64,000 bases of DNA. It comes from a virus (taxonomy: Duplodnaviria > Caudoviricetes). Where the stretch lies: IMG/VR virus record IMGVR_UViG_3300010429_001449; one strand, written 5' to 3'. This document shows positions 44,546-53,819 of the stretch, piece by piece. The notes beneath the pieces were generated by a model. It did no database searches. It was given only the letters and a program-made list of their open reading frames with translations, and was not told the origin of the DNA. Position 1 is the stretch's first letter. Each line of letters begins with the position of its first letter. The position numbers and the translations under genes are program-made.

Positions 44546-44934
44546 TACCCAAACTCCAACCTGCCGTCGCTAGTCAAGGAGAAGCGTACGGCAGAATTGT
44601 CTGGGCCTAGTGCGTAAGCCTTCAAGTAAGCCGACGTACCCACTCGCGCCAGAAGCGCGGCCATGAATTTGAGGCCGTCCTGCATTGTAACGTGCTCTCG
44701 GGACAGAGGATTGACCAAACCCCGCTTCTGCGCCGTGTCAACAAGATACGGAACGGCCTTAGCGTGGCTCACGGCCTCTACGATCCCGTTGTTCAACGTG
44801 AACGAAGCTATCGGGACGCCCATGTAAGGCTTCTCGAACCTCTTTTCCGGGTCTGAACGGTCCACCACAACGACTGTCTTCAGTTCAGTTTTGGCCACGA
44901 CATTCCTCCGAAACACCAATCTACACAGACTCAA
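44545..44934 (-). CDS. Hypothetical protein
   Basis: First ORF after promoter 44973; start probably near 44900. Confidence 0.62.
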   Translation of the reverse strand: MSLCRLVFRRNVVAKTELKTVVVVDRSDPEKRFEKPYMGVPIASFTLNNGIVEAVSHAKAVPYLVDTAQKRGLVNPLSREHVTMQDGLKFMAALLARVGTSAYLKAYALGPDNSAVRFSLTSDGRLEFG

Positions 44935-44972
44935 CCAAAAAAGGCAACACCAAATACGCGCCAGTCACTCTT

Positions 44973-45000
44973 ATTATAACGGAATGATAGCTATTGTCAA
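44973..45000 (-). promoter_or_regulatory. Conserved phage promoter
   Basis: TTGACA-N16-TATAAT. Confidence 0.85.
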
Positions 45001-45024
45001 GAGACAAATAAACTGTAACTGCTC

Positions 45025-45441
45025 CTACGGCCACGTACAGACGATAATCTCCACATCCGTGCCCGCGAACGCGGCCACAAGCATCTGATTAACGTGCTTC
45101 CATTCGAGACGATCTAGGCCGCAGCCGATGCGCGGCATAGCTATCTTCTTGACTCCATTCTCTTGAACAAGGCGGCGCATCTCCCTGAGTGCTAATTCCA
45201 GTGACGCATAGGAGGGCTTTCGCCAACTGTCCTTCTTGGTGATGAGATTGAAGACGCGCCCCGTAAGAACACAAGTAGGGTAAGCTACATTTTGGTGCGC
45301 GAGCGCCTTCCTCAATCCAAACTTCGCGCACATCGGGACGGCGATACCAGCGCCCATTCGTAGGTCTTCCGCAATACAATGGGCGAGATAGTAGTCGTCA
45401 GGAACCGTAAACAAGTCTTTGTGTTCTTCGTGCAGAATCAT
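45025..45441 (-). CDS. Macrodomain protein (OARD1/TARG1-like ADP-ribose glycohydrolase)
   Basis: DLF...LAHCI..D..MGAGIA...FNLITK...KP....MPRIGCGLD.L.W. Confidence 0.9.
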   Translation of the reverse strand: MILHEEHKDLFTVPDDYYLAHCIAEDLRMGAGIAVPMCAKFGLRKALAHQNVAYPTCVLTGRVFNLITKKDSWRKPSYASLELALREMRRLVQENGVKKIAMPRIGCGLDRLEWKHVNQMLVAAFAGTDVEIIVCTWP

Positions 45442-45833
45442 TGCGTAGCCTCCGCACTGACTTGCTGCGCCTTCTTGCACAAACGGATGGTTTTGCGACA
45501 CAACGGCAAGTCAAAATCGCCGATATGACACTTCTTCGCAGGAAGATTCAGTTGCTCCGCCAGCCAGAGATACGCCGCGCTGCGCGTCATTTTGCCGTTA
45601 CGCCATAGCTGATCGAAAAAGGCGTGCGTTTCCTTTCTGGCGTCGCGGAGTTCGGCGTTGGCGAGGCGACCTAGCGGCTTATGATCGGGACTGTTGTTAT
45701 GCGTCCCCACGTATGCGTCGCAAGGAGCGCACAGCCAGAAAAACAAACCGGCCAAATCGGGCCGATTTCGATAGAGCGCGTCGCCAGTAACAAGCCGCGC
45801 CGCACGTTTGCAATAGGGACACACGACTTTCAC
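45438..45833 (-). CDS. Zinc-finger protein (DUF3268-like)
   Basis: CPYC...C.PCDAYVG.H...PLG.LA...R...H..FD..W...R..AY.WLA...CHIG.F. Confidence 0.82.
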   Translation of the reverse strand: MKVVCPYCKRAARLVTGDALYRNRPDLAGLFFWLCAPCDAYVGTHNNSPDHKPLGRLANAELRDARKETHAFFDQLWRNGKMTRSAAYLWLAEQLNLPAKKCHIGDFDLPLCRKTIRLCKKAQQVSAEATQ

Positions 45834-46453
45834 TCGGCGTCATCCTCCACGGCCTTCTTTATCTCCGCAAGGAACTCCGGGGCTAGACGTACGGCCTTTC
45901 TTGATTCCCGCCAAGAGTAAGGAGCGTACTTCTTAATTGCCTCATTCAACGCCTCCGCCGCTTCCCATATAGCCTGCGGCAAATCGGCGGCGGACTTGTC
46001 TTCTGGAAGCGACTCCTCAAAAAGAGCATCGAGATCAACTTGTGGCGGAGGACACGGTTCGCAGAGAACGAGCCTGAAAGACGCCGGGTCAAAGTCAGTT
46101 CCTTCCTCCGAAAGACAGTTATAGAGATATTCCTCTACCTCGTCCATGTCCCAGAAGAACGGATCGGACTCGAATTCCATGAGAGGCGATGTGCCGTCCC
46201 ATTCAACAACCTCAAGGCTATCAAAGCGTTCCTGCCTCAGCTTGTCGCGGCAGGCAGAACAGTACGTGTACGGCTTCTCCGCCGGACTGCCGCACTTTGA
46301 GCACGGAACGTGCGTGGCCCCGCGCCAACGAGCCATAGCTTCATCGACGTAAGCAAGTCCGTCGCGGGACACCCACAACGTCATCGTCTGTTGCGTCGCG
46401 GCGATAGGATCATCGGGGAGCACGATCTTGTCTTTATCGTCTTGTTGCGTCAT
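45830..46453 (-). CDS. Hypothetical protein
   Basis: WVSRDG....E..AR..GATH..C..C motif seen in phage proteins. Confidence 0.72.
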   Translation of the reverse strand: MTQQDDKDKIVLPDDPIAATQQTMTLWVSRDGLAYVDEAMARWRGATHVPCSKCGSPAEKPYTYCSACRDKLRQERFDSLEVVEWDGTSPLMEFESDPFFWDMDEVEEYLYNCLSEEGTDFDPASFRLVLCEPCPPPQVDLDALFEESLPEDKSAADLPQAIWEAAEALNEAIKKYAPYSWRESRKAVRLAPEFLAEIKKAVEDDAE

Positions 46454-46779
46454 TTCGTCTTCACCTCCACACCATACGGTGTGTGTTCGTCACCCTCAAC
46501 CACCGGAACAAGAGCGAACAATATCTCCGTAGCCGTCTGCCAGAGAAGAACGTGATTGGGGGTCTTCAACAGCGAAAAAACGACGTAGTTGTTTTGGAGC
46601 GCGTAGCTGAAATGAGGACCGTACTTGTTCAGTACTCCCTCGATCTCACTCTGAGTAGCGCAACCGAGACGGGTAAGCGAGGCGTGACCGGTTACGCGCC
46701 ACTGCTTTTTGCTCACCTTCGTCAGAGATGCCAGAAGGCTATCCAACGACGATACCGCGCTATTATCTCCTACACGCAC
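46450..46779 (-). CDS. Hypothetical protein
   Basis: Coupled ORF. Confidence 0.55.
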   Translation of the reverse strand: MRVGDNSAVSSLDSLLASLTKVSKKQWRVTGHASLTRLGCATQSEIEGVLNKYGPHFSYALQNNYVVFSLLKTPNHVLLWQTATEILFALVPVVEGDEHTPYGVEVKTK

Positions 46780-46913
46780 GTGATGTTATCCTCACTTGAC
46801 CGAGAAGGAGCAAGCACCTCAGCGGCCACGAAAAGCCTGCCGCGCACATCGCACTGCGCAGCAATCACAATAGTGCGAATGATCATGTTAGCCTCCTGCT
46901 ATCAACCACTCTT

Positions 46914-46941
46914 AGTATAACGGATTTGCCCGAAATGTCAA
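46914..46941 (-). promoter_or_regulatory. Conserved phage promoter
   Basis: TTGACA-N16-TATACT. Confidence 0.85.
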
Positions 46942-46953
46942 GGGTCACTTCCG

Positions 46954-48663
46954 TTATTTTTGAGCCATAGTGATCGAGCAGAGCTTCCCGCCCTTTGTGA
47001 ACAACGCCTGCGCCCCGCTGCTGGCTAGGCGCATACTGCCGTCTATGACGGGATCACTGATGACTTTCTTCTTGGCGGCGGTGCGGAAGACTTCAACGTC
47101 GTCGTCCTCATTGACCTGGACACAAACGCCGTTGTCCAAGACCGTGAAGTTCAGTCCGGTGAAGGTAACGTCTTTGACTGCCGCGTGAGCGTGCGTCACC
47201 CATTGATCATCCGACCAGAAAACAAAACGGTCGTACCGACCTGTTCTTCGCTCAACACCAACTATTTGCAGAATTCCACGTTCGTACTTGGCGTCAACCA
47301 CTTCGTAGCCGTCGAGTTCGCGCAAGGCAAACTGCCGTGCGCACTTGCTTGACGGAAAGACAGAACACCAGTGCGCGTCGAATAGGTTCTGAACAACGAC
47401 ACCGTCAAAGACTTTCGTGCCTTGCTCCAAGACGTTTCCGACTTGATGCGCGGAGGGAAGAACCTTGTTGCCTGCCTCGGTGAAGCAGATTTCCAGTATT
47501 TTGCCTCCGCTGATTATGTAACAACGCCCGTCCACAACGAAAAGCTGCTGCGCGGTCAGCTTGAGCGGCAGGCTCGTTCTGTCGATGAGGTCCGTGAGTT
47601 CCACGCTTCCGTAGCGCAGAGCGGCGGCTATAGGGCGGTTGTTCTTCGGCGTGAAACACACCTTCGCGTCCGCAGGAAGAACCCCGCCTACTCGCCTCTT
47701 ATCTACGAAAACGTAATTCTTGCTGCGCACTATCTGACTTCCGCCGAGATCAAAGACGCTTTCGATATCGTCGCCGAAATCGTAAAGCTCCTTGATGAGG
47801 AAGTTATTGCTGCCGGAGATTGAAACAACGGGCGGCGCGATTGCGACAGAAATGACGGCAACGAGATCGCTAGGAGGCGGCACGCGCTGACCCTTCTCCA
47901 GAACGGCATCGTACCAACGCATATAAACATCAGGAACAACTGAGAGCGGCTGCGTGGCTCCCTTCGGGTAGCTGACTGCCGGATTGAGAACAGAGATATT
48001 GGCCAACATTCTGCCGTCCAGCGCCGTCTGAGGGTCTGTATAAGAAGGATGCTTGCCCTTGTAGGGGTGAATCCCCACGAAAAGCTGGAAGCTGACTATC
48101 GCAAAACTGAACCAATCCGTCAGGGTCGAGAACTGGTTGTTCTTGCAGTGACGGTCGCGGACGCTCTCCATCAAAACAGTAGCGGGGTAGTGCGGCGTCT
48201 GGTAGCTGTTTACGTCAATGAAGAATACGTCCTTGTAAACGTCGTTCACGAGAAAGTTCATCTCGTTGAGATCGACGAGAAGGATATTCTTGCTATGCAC
48301 AAAACCGACGGTCTGCTGCATCTGGCGCACCAACGCCAGAATCATGTCGGGCGTGATGTTCTCGCGGCGGCGGAAGGCTTGCGTGAATAGCTGACACAGA
48401 CAGGCCGTGTCCTTCAAAAAACGCATCGTATAACCAACAGGAGTGCCCCGGCTGTCCACGAGAATGTCTTCCGGACGGATGATGTGCGGCTCGGTAAGCA
48501 CGGACAAGTCGCGGAACTTCCCGTCAGGAATCATCTTGCCTTTGTCGCAGACTTTGTAAACCGTCCCGCCCTTGACGTAAATCTTGCCCTCGCCGCCGAT
48601 GGCAAGCAGGTCGGCCTGGTTCAATGAGACCTCGTGATTTTTGCCTCTGACAGTGAGTTTCAT
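46954..48663 (-). CDS. Ser/Thr protein kinase-like protein (TerY-P type)
   Basis: GGEGKIY, VYK, H...I..VDLNEMNFLV, FIDVNSYQ, TDWFSFA, G.HPYKG. Confidence 0.88.
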   Translation of the reverse strand: MKLTVRGKNHEVSLNQADLLAIGGEGKIYVKGGTVYKVCDKGKMIPDGKFRDLSVLTEPHIIRPEDILVDSRGTPVGYTMRFLKDTACLCQLFTQAFRRRENITPDMILALVRQMQQTVGFVHSKNILLVDLNEMNFLVNDVYKDVFFIDVNSYQTPHYPATVLMESVRDRHCKNNQFSTLTDWFSFAIVSFQLFVGIHPYKGKHPSYTDPQTALDGRMLANISVLNPAVSYPKGATQPLSVVPDVYMRWYDAVLEKGQRVPPPSDLVAVISVAIAPPVVSISGSNNFLIKELYDFGDDIESVFDLGGSQIVRSKNYVFVDKRRVGGVLPADAKVCFTPKNNRPIAAALRYGSVELTDLIDRTSLPLKLTAQQLFVVDGRCYIISGGKILEICFTEAGNKVLPSAHQVGNVLEQGTKVFDGVVVQNLFDAHWCSVFPSSKCARQFALRELDGYEVVDAKYERGILQIVGVERRTGRYDRFVFWSDDQWVTHAHAAVKDVTFTGLNFTVLDNGVCVQVNEDDDVEVFRTAAKKKVISDPVIDGSMRLASSGAQALFTKGGKLCSITMAQK

Positions 48664-48670
48664 GCCGCAC

Positions 48671-49489
48671 CTACTCGCAGGTAACAACGCCTACCGACAA
48701 ATCGTCCGCGTTGAACTTTTGATTATGGGCGTACTCTCGCAACACGCGCAGACAACGACGCTTGACAAATTCGCCCTGTGTACCCTTGAAGGCGAACAGA
48801 TCGCGCACAACGTCAGCGATATCAATAGGCTGTTGGCGCACACAAGTACCGTTTACCTCCCGCGAATAGAATGACATAGCACCGTCAGAGAGCACGCCCA
48901 CAGCGTCAAACTCGTCGAGAGAATACATATAGGTGTGCGTCCTGAACGCATCCTTGTCGTCAAAGACAGTCAGTCCGCCGCTCTCGTCATACAAAGTGCG
49001 GCAGTATTGTCCGGGGAACTCGGCTTCATAGCCCGCTTCAACTTCCGGGGATAGCGCATAACGCGGGTACCACGGCGCTCCGGACGTATAAACCAGCGTC
49101 ATCCACGAAAGTTCGCCTGTGCGCTTGCGGCACACAATCACGCCGTCGCCGGAACTGCCGACCAGAAAATGAGTCTTCGTGAGAGCAATGGTCAGCAGCG
49201 TAGAAGAGAGTACGTCCTGCGGCAAATCCATAGCCTTTCGGTACGTATCTGCGACGGTAACAGCGCGAATAGTCATGTCCTCCCGCGCAAGCTCAACGGG
49301 ATAAACGAAATGCTCTGCGGCTTTGCCGAGAAGCAATGCGCCTATGTGTGAGTCAGGAACAGACGAGCATCCGTCGCACACCAAAGTATATGCTTTCTGC
49401 TGCGTCTCTTGACAAGACGCGGCGGAGAAGTCCTGACAGAAATGATGCGTCGAGCCTATCGCGTGATAATGGTCTGCGTTGATCTTCAC
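48671..49489 (-). CDS. PP2C-like protein phosphatase
   Basis: G..H..CQD, VCDGCSS, GDG, SDG, DDLS. Confidence 0.88.
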   Translation of the reverse strand: MKINADHYHAIGSTHHFCQDFSAASCQETQQKAYTLVCDGCSSVPDSHIGALLLGKAAEHFVYPVELAREDMTIRAVTVADTYRKAMDLPQDVLSSTLLTIALTKTHFLVGSSGDGVIVCRKRTGELSWMTLVYTSGAPWYPRYALSPEVEAGYEAEFPGQYCRTLYDESGGLTVFDDKDAFRTHTYMYSLDEFDAVGVLSDGAMSFYSREVNGTCVRQQPIDIADVVRDLFAFKGTQGEFVKRRCLRVLREYAHNQKFNADDLSVGVVTCE

Positions 49490-49575
49490 TTACACTCCTG
49501 TTCCGATGCCTTGAAGGAGACGTTGGCCTTGACGAAGAATGTCTTGACTGCGCCAGAATTGTTCATCGTGGCCTC

Positions 49576-50772
49576 TTAGCCCAAAGGCTGCTTATCGAAA
49601 GTCCACTGAGCAACTCTGACCGCATCACGATCTCCGCAGACCTTACCCACATCGTCACTGAGTTTGACGACCGGAACACCGGCGCATTTGGTCATCTTGA
49701 TGACCATATTGAGCGCGGGAGACCCAGGAATATCATTGGTCAAATGTGTCCCAATCCCGAAAACGGGTTTGATGTAACCGTTGAAATGCTTCTGTAGAGC
49801 AAGCACCTTCTCTACGTTGAGGTTGTCACTGAATACGACCGTCTTTGTCTGCGGGTCCAACCCGAGCGTACGGTAATGCGCAATGACCTGCTCACCGTGA
49901 TGAAACGGATCGCCGCTATCTTGACGAACACCGTCGTACAACCGGGCCAGCGAAGCGTCGAAGTCGCCCAAGAAAGCCGCCGTTCCGTAAGTATCCGTCA
50001 AGGCAATGCCGAGAGCGCCCTTGAAAGTCTGCGCCCATCGCTTTAGCGCGAAACGATTGACGTGTCGAAGGCCATCCAAGGCGCTGCATCCCATGAACCA
50101 TTCGTGCGCCATCGTGCCGATGGGACGCAACCCCAGCTCACGCGCCAAGAAGACGTTGGACGTGCCCAAGAAATTGCTGAGAGAGGCGGGAGTGCTCACT
50201 ATGGCCTGAAACACGCCCTTGTGGATATCAAAGCTCCGCCTCCGCCGTGTCCCAAAATCGGCCCACTGACAACGGGCCTCGCCGAGAGCGGCGGCTTTTC
50301 CTCGGGCAGCGCATCCTAGCTCACCGAACGCAAGCCCGCCGGGAGTCTTGTCAGCGTCGTAATAACGGAAGTAAAGCTCGCTGAGCATTGCCAGCAGCGG
50401 CACTTCCCACAAGATCGTGCGCTCCCACGGGCCGCGAATAGAAAGGCAAAGCGCACTGTCGATCACATCGGTACTGACCGTCGTCATAAAAACTTCGTCT
50501 GGATAGAAACGATACGCACGAAGATAGTTCAGATACGTCCGGCTGAGGTAAGGACAATGCGCCTCTAACCACGCATACTCAGCAAGACTGAGCGAGAAGT
50601 CGCGCATGTTACGCACTCCAGCAATAAGGTCTTCCAACAGCGAGTGCGTGACCGGCTTCATACCACCGCGACAGATGAATTCGTACTCGACTTCGACGCC
50701 GGGGAAGTGCTCAAGCACCGCCTGCTGCATTGTGAACTTGTAGAGGTCGTTGTCCAGAATGCCTTGTATCAT
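49576..50772 (-). CDS. pncB: Nicotinate phosphoribosyltransferase
   Basis: LDNDLYKFTM, DFGTRRR, GTSNV, GTMAHEW, LTDT, R.DSGDP, FSD.L, FGIGT, KLSD. Confidence 0.95.
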   Translation of the reverse strand: MIQGILDNDLYKFTMQQAVLEHFPGVEVEYEFICRGGMKPVTHSLLEDLIAGVRNMRDFSLSLAEYAWLEAHCPYLSRTYLNYLRAYRFYPDEVFMTTVSTDVIDSALCLSIRGPWERTILWEVPLLAMLSELYFRYYDADKTPGGLAFGELGCAARGKAAALGEARCQWADFGTRRRRSFDIHKGVFQAIVSTPASLSNFLGTSNVFLARELGLRPIGTMAHEWFMGCSALDGLRHVNRFALKRWAQTFKGALGIALTDTYGTAAFLGDFDASLARLYDGVRQDSGDPFHHGEQVIAHYRTLGLDPQTKTVVFSDNLNVEKVLALQKHFNGYIKPVFGIGTHLTNDIPGSPALNMVIKMTKCAGVPVVKLSDDVGKVCGDRDAVRVAQWTFDKQPLG

Positions 50773-50793
50773 CGTGATCTCCTTACTACTGCT

Positions 50794-50821
50794 ATTATAA
50801 CAGCACTATACGAATTGTCAA
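50794..50821 (-). promoter_or_regulatory. Promoter of the pncB-phosphatase-kinase operon
   Basis: TTGACA-N16-TATAAT. Confidence 0.85.
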
Positions 50822-50941
50822 GGAGTAAAATAGGAAATTACACGCTCTGCGATTCTCTTTCCAATGTCTCGATACGGCGGGTGAGATCGTTGATTTTTGT
50901 TGCAGCAACAGCCGTATCGTCTGCCGAACGCCAATCAGTGG

Positions 50942-51205
50942 TCACGCGCCCTGCTCCTTTGCCGCGAGTTTTCTGCGGCGATTGACTGCGCGACGCAACT
51001 CGTCTGACGCCTCGTCTACACAACCATAAAACCCTGTGATCTTAATCACCACAAGACCGACACGGACGAACACGGCGTCATCCATATCGGCTGGAAAGTT
51101 GGGCGTCGCATCCGCCGGATAGACCACATCGATGGCTTCCAGAGGAATACGAAGCGCACCGTTCGCCAGCACGAGGCAACCGTAATCAGTGGTCCAATGA
51201 CGCAT
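50942..51205 (-). CDS. Hypothetical protein
   Basis: ORF in operon. Confidence 0.55.
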   Translation of the reverse strand: MRHWTTDYGCLVLANGALRIPLEAIDVVYPADATPNFPADMDDAVFVRVGLVVIKITGFYGCVDEASDELRRAVNRRRKLAAKEQGA

Positions 51206-51563
51206 CTGACTGAGCCTTTCTCTCTTGATATTCAGCGGGCGTCACGGAAGCGTTGGCGTGCTCCGAAGATGCCGCCTGCTCGCGGTAATAAGCATTAAAG
51301 ATCACGGAATAGGCGTGTTCTGACGCAGCTACGCAGTAATTGTTGGCCATCCGCTCCTGAACACAAGTGCCGACCATCAGACCGGCCCCCGCCGCCAAAG
51401 CAACAAGCCCGCCGGTGATCTCTCCGGTAGCGGCAGCCGCCGCAAACACAGCGACAAGAAAAACCGTCGCGCACAGAAGCGATGTACGCCCCCGACGGAG
51501 CGAGTTTCGGAAGGGGGCCGTGTGTTCCTCAATGTACGCCTGTTTGTCTGGCAGGTCCATCAT
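51186..51563 (-). CDS. Membrane protein (two TM segments)
   Basis: Hydrophobic stretches; AGGAG RBS. Confidence 0.65.
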   Translation of the reverse strand: MMDLPDKQAYIEEHTAPFRNSLRRGRTSLLCATVFLVAVFAAAAATGEITGGLVALAAGAGLMVGTCVQERMANNYCVAASEHAYSVIFNAYYREQAASSEHANASVTPAEYQERKAQSDASLDH

Positions 51564-52057
51564 TCGTCTCCTTGATCAGGCGACTCTTGACACTCCTTCT
51601 CGGAAGGATGGGGAATCAGCATCGAAGGGTCGCCCTTGATTGTGTACAGGTATTTGCCTGTGGTTTGGTCGCGCCGTCTTGAGATGGAAAGGCCGTAGAC
51701 TTCCCGCAGAAACTGACCGCGCTTCCACTTAACGCGCACACTCTCATCCTGCGCCTCCCAGTGGATATGACGAACCTGATTCTCGCCTAGCCGCAACAGA
51801 ATTGATATCAGCCTGTCGAACGTCTCCTCGCTGCTGTTCCCCGTCCACTGTAGTATTCCAAAGTCGGACAGAAGCTGTTCTATCTCGTACGCTCTACGGT
51901 CAAGGAGAACGCTCGTAGAACAATACGCTTGAAGAGCCGCGACTAAGCACAACTCACGAGTAATAACAACAGGAACCGGATGACCCTGGACGAAGTCGAC
52001 TTCAATTGAATCCGGTCTAAGATAATGGCGACGCATTGATTGATCTCCTGTCGTCAC
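51560..52057 (-). CDS. Hypothetical protein
   Basis: YGLSISRRR motif also found in 56005-56499. Confidence 0.62.
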   Translation of the reverse strand: MTTGDQSMRRHYLRPDSIEVDFVQGHPVPVVITRELCLVAALQAYCSTSVLLDRRAYEIEQLLSDFGILQWTGNSSEETFDRLISILLRLGENQVRHIHWEAQDESVRVKWKRGQFLREVYGLSISRRRDQTTGKYLYTIKGDPSMLIPHPSEKECQESPDQGDE

Positions 52058-52287
52058 TCGTCCTTGCTCGGCGCGACTTCAATGCCGAAGTGGTCTACGC
52101 ACGCCTGCTCACCGATTTCGTTGAGCAGGTCTCCTTCTCCGACTGCGGCAATGATTTCTCGGATGACTTTGCCGCGTTCCCACGTAACGACTTCTTCCCA
52201 GAAATCAGAGAACGTCAACGTGACCTTCGCTGCTACGTCTGTTAACGTGACCTTCATTTCTACGTCTGTTTCGCCGCGCATACGCAC
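52054..52287 (-). CDS. Hypothetical protein
   Basis: ORF in operon. Confidence 0.55.
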   Translation of the reverse strand: MRMRGETDVEMKVTLTDVAAKVTLTFSDFWEEVVTWERGKVIREIIAAVGEGDLLNEIGEQACVDHFGIEVAPSKDE

Positions 52288-52306
52288 CTGACCTTTCGAG
52301 AGAAAA

Positions 52307-52410
52307 AAGGCGGCTGGCCGGGCTTCCTACTGAGTCGTAACGCCCGGCGGAACTGCATCTCAGTCTGCAACACACGTTCCGTTTGCTATTCGCAGGGACG
52401 CAGCCGCCTT
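52307..52410 (-). ncRNA. Putative structured RNA or attenuator
   Basis: AAGGCGGCTG/CAGCCGCCTT terminal stem then a T run; ends match 13153-13292. Confidence 0.4.
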
Positions 52411-52651
52411 AAGATCGCTTACGCCTTCCCGTACCGCCGCAAACAGGACAGTCGTGCATGGTATCCTGCTTTTTTGTGCGGCCCACAAGGATCATGCCCC
52501 GTCCGTTGCAACGCGGACACCACGACTCTAGCTCAGCAACGAGCGCGTCAAGATCGGATGAGTTTACGACCTCCCGCTCGTGATCTCCGCAAACAGATGC
52601 GTGTCTTGGGATCGCTTTAATCTTAGCGATCAAGTCTTTGAGTTCGCGCAT
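52409..52651 (-). CDS. Small protein with DnaJ-type CxxCxGxG repeats
   Basis: CPRCNGRG...CPVCGGTG. Confidence 0.62.
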   Translation of the reverse strand: MRELKDLIAKIKAIPRHASVCGDHEREVVNSSDLDALVAELESWCPRCNGRGMILVGRTKKQDTMHDCPVCGGTGRRKRS

Positions 52652-52926
52652 CTCCGCTCCTTCTCGTCACCAGAAGACAGGCCGAGCTTGAAGTCGTTTA
52701 TTTCTCGGATGCAGTCGCTGCAATCAACAAGAGCAGCGTCTACGACTTCAAAATTACCGTCGTGTCCAATGAACACCCCGGCGGTAGAACAAAGGGCGAA
52801 AGCGGTTGGAAAGTCAGACATTCGCGTATCGATGACTACCGCCGCGTGAACATGAGTAACGCCATGTATCTTCACAGCCCGGAGCATACAATCCTCCGTA
52901 AAACAGCTAACGGGGCACGTTCCCAC
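52630..52926 (-). CDS. Hypothetical protein (start probably near 52887)
   Basis: GGAGG before MLRAVK. Confidence 0.5.
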   Translation of the reverse strand: MGTCPVSCFTEDCMLRAVKIHGVTHVHAAVVIDTRMSDFPTAFALCSTAGVFIGHDGNFEVVDAALVDCSDCIREINDFKLGLSSGDEKERRCANSKT

Positions 52927-53041
52927 TATGCCTTTTCGCGCCCGCCCGACCCCGCGCAGAGAAGGAAGCTTGCCCGGGGCAAGCTATTCCCCACGCTAAG
53001 AAGTCGCACCTGTTCCCCAATGGGGCGCACCGTTGCTGACT

Positions 53042-53785
53042 TTAGAACGTCAACGACTGTGATGGTCCCCCGGTTCCCAACGCTTGGGACTGGGAGGATA
53101 CCGACCGGCTGATGAAGTCGGCCAGCTTCGCCAGCGTCTTGGCGTCCGCATTTGCCAGTTCCACGTACTGAGTGAATCCGGCTTTCTGCTTGAACGTTGC
53201 GAGATGCGAAGACATTGTCGGGTCTTGGATGTTGACGCCCACGAGAATAGACACCAACGACTCCATTGACTCCGACGCGACGCACTGTTCCAGTGCCTTC
53301 TTGACTTCCGCAGTCCGGAATGTCGATGCGTTGTCGTCGCCGTCAGTGATGACGATGACAATGCCGTTGACCTGGAAATCGTTCTTCGCCAAATCCTTGG
53401 CGTAGGTCAAGGCGCTCTGGACGGCGTTCTCTGAAGAGTCGTAGAGCGCGGTCATGCCTGCGCACTGATAAACGCCGTCGTAATCCTTCGGAGCGCACTG
53501 CTCCAGCAGCTTGAAGCCGTGAACTTCCCGCATCCGGCTGCCAAAGGCTACCAGACGCAGAAGAAGGTTGTCGGCCCGAGGACTCTTGCGGCACGCCTCA
53601 ACAACCTCTTTCAGACACTTCTCCATGTCTGCCGCGAAAGCAGCGGTCGAACCGGACTCGTCGAGAACAACCGTGACGAGAGTGTACTCCGTGGCCTCAA
53701 GCGTATCGATCTTTGCCGCGCTGAAACCGAAGTGCCCCGTGGGGTTCTTGTAGTCTTGCAGAGCGGCGCTTCCCAACCTCGGCAT
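53042..53785 (-). CDS. vWA domain protein (TerY-like)
   Basis: VLDESGST MIDAS, G.TALYD, VITDG.DN.S. Confidence 0.88.
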   Translation of the reverse strand: MPRLGSAALQDYKNPTGHFGFSAAKIDTLEATEYTLVTVVLDESGSTAAFAADMEKCLKEVVEACRKSPRADNLLLRLVAFGSRMREVHGFKLLEQCAPKDYDGVYQCAGMTALYDSSENAVQSALTYAKDLAKNDFQVNGIVIVITDGDDNASTFRTAEVKKALEQCVASESMESLVSILVGVNIQDPTMSSHLATFKQKAGFTQYVELANADAKTLAKLADFISRSVSSQSQALGTGGPSQSLTF

Positions 53786-53819
53786 GTAAAGCCTCCTTTA
53801 AGGCTGAAACGTCGGCTGA

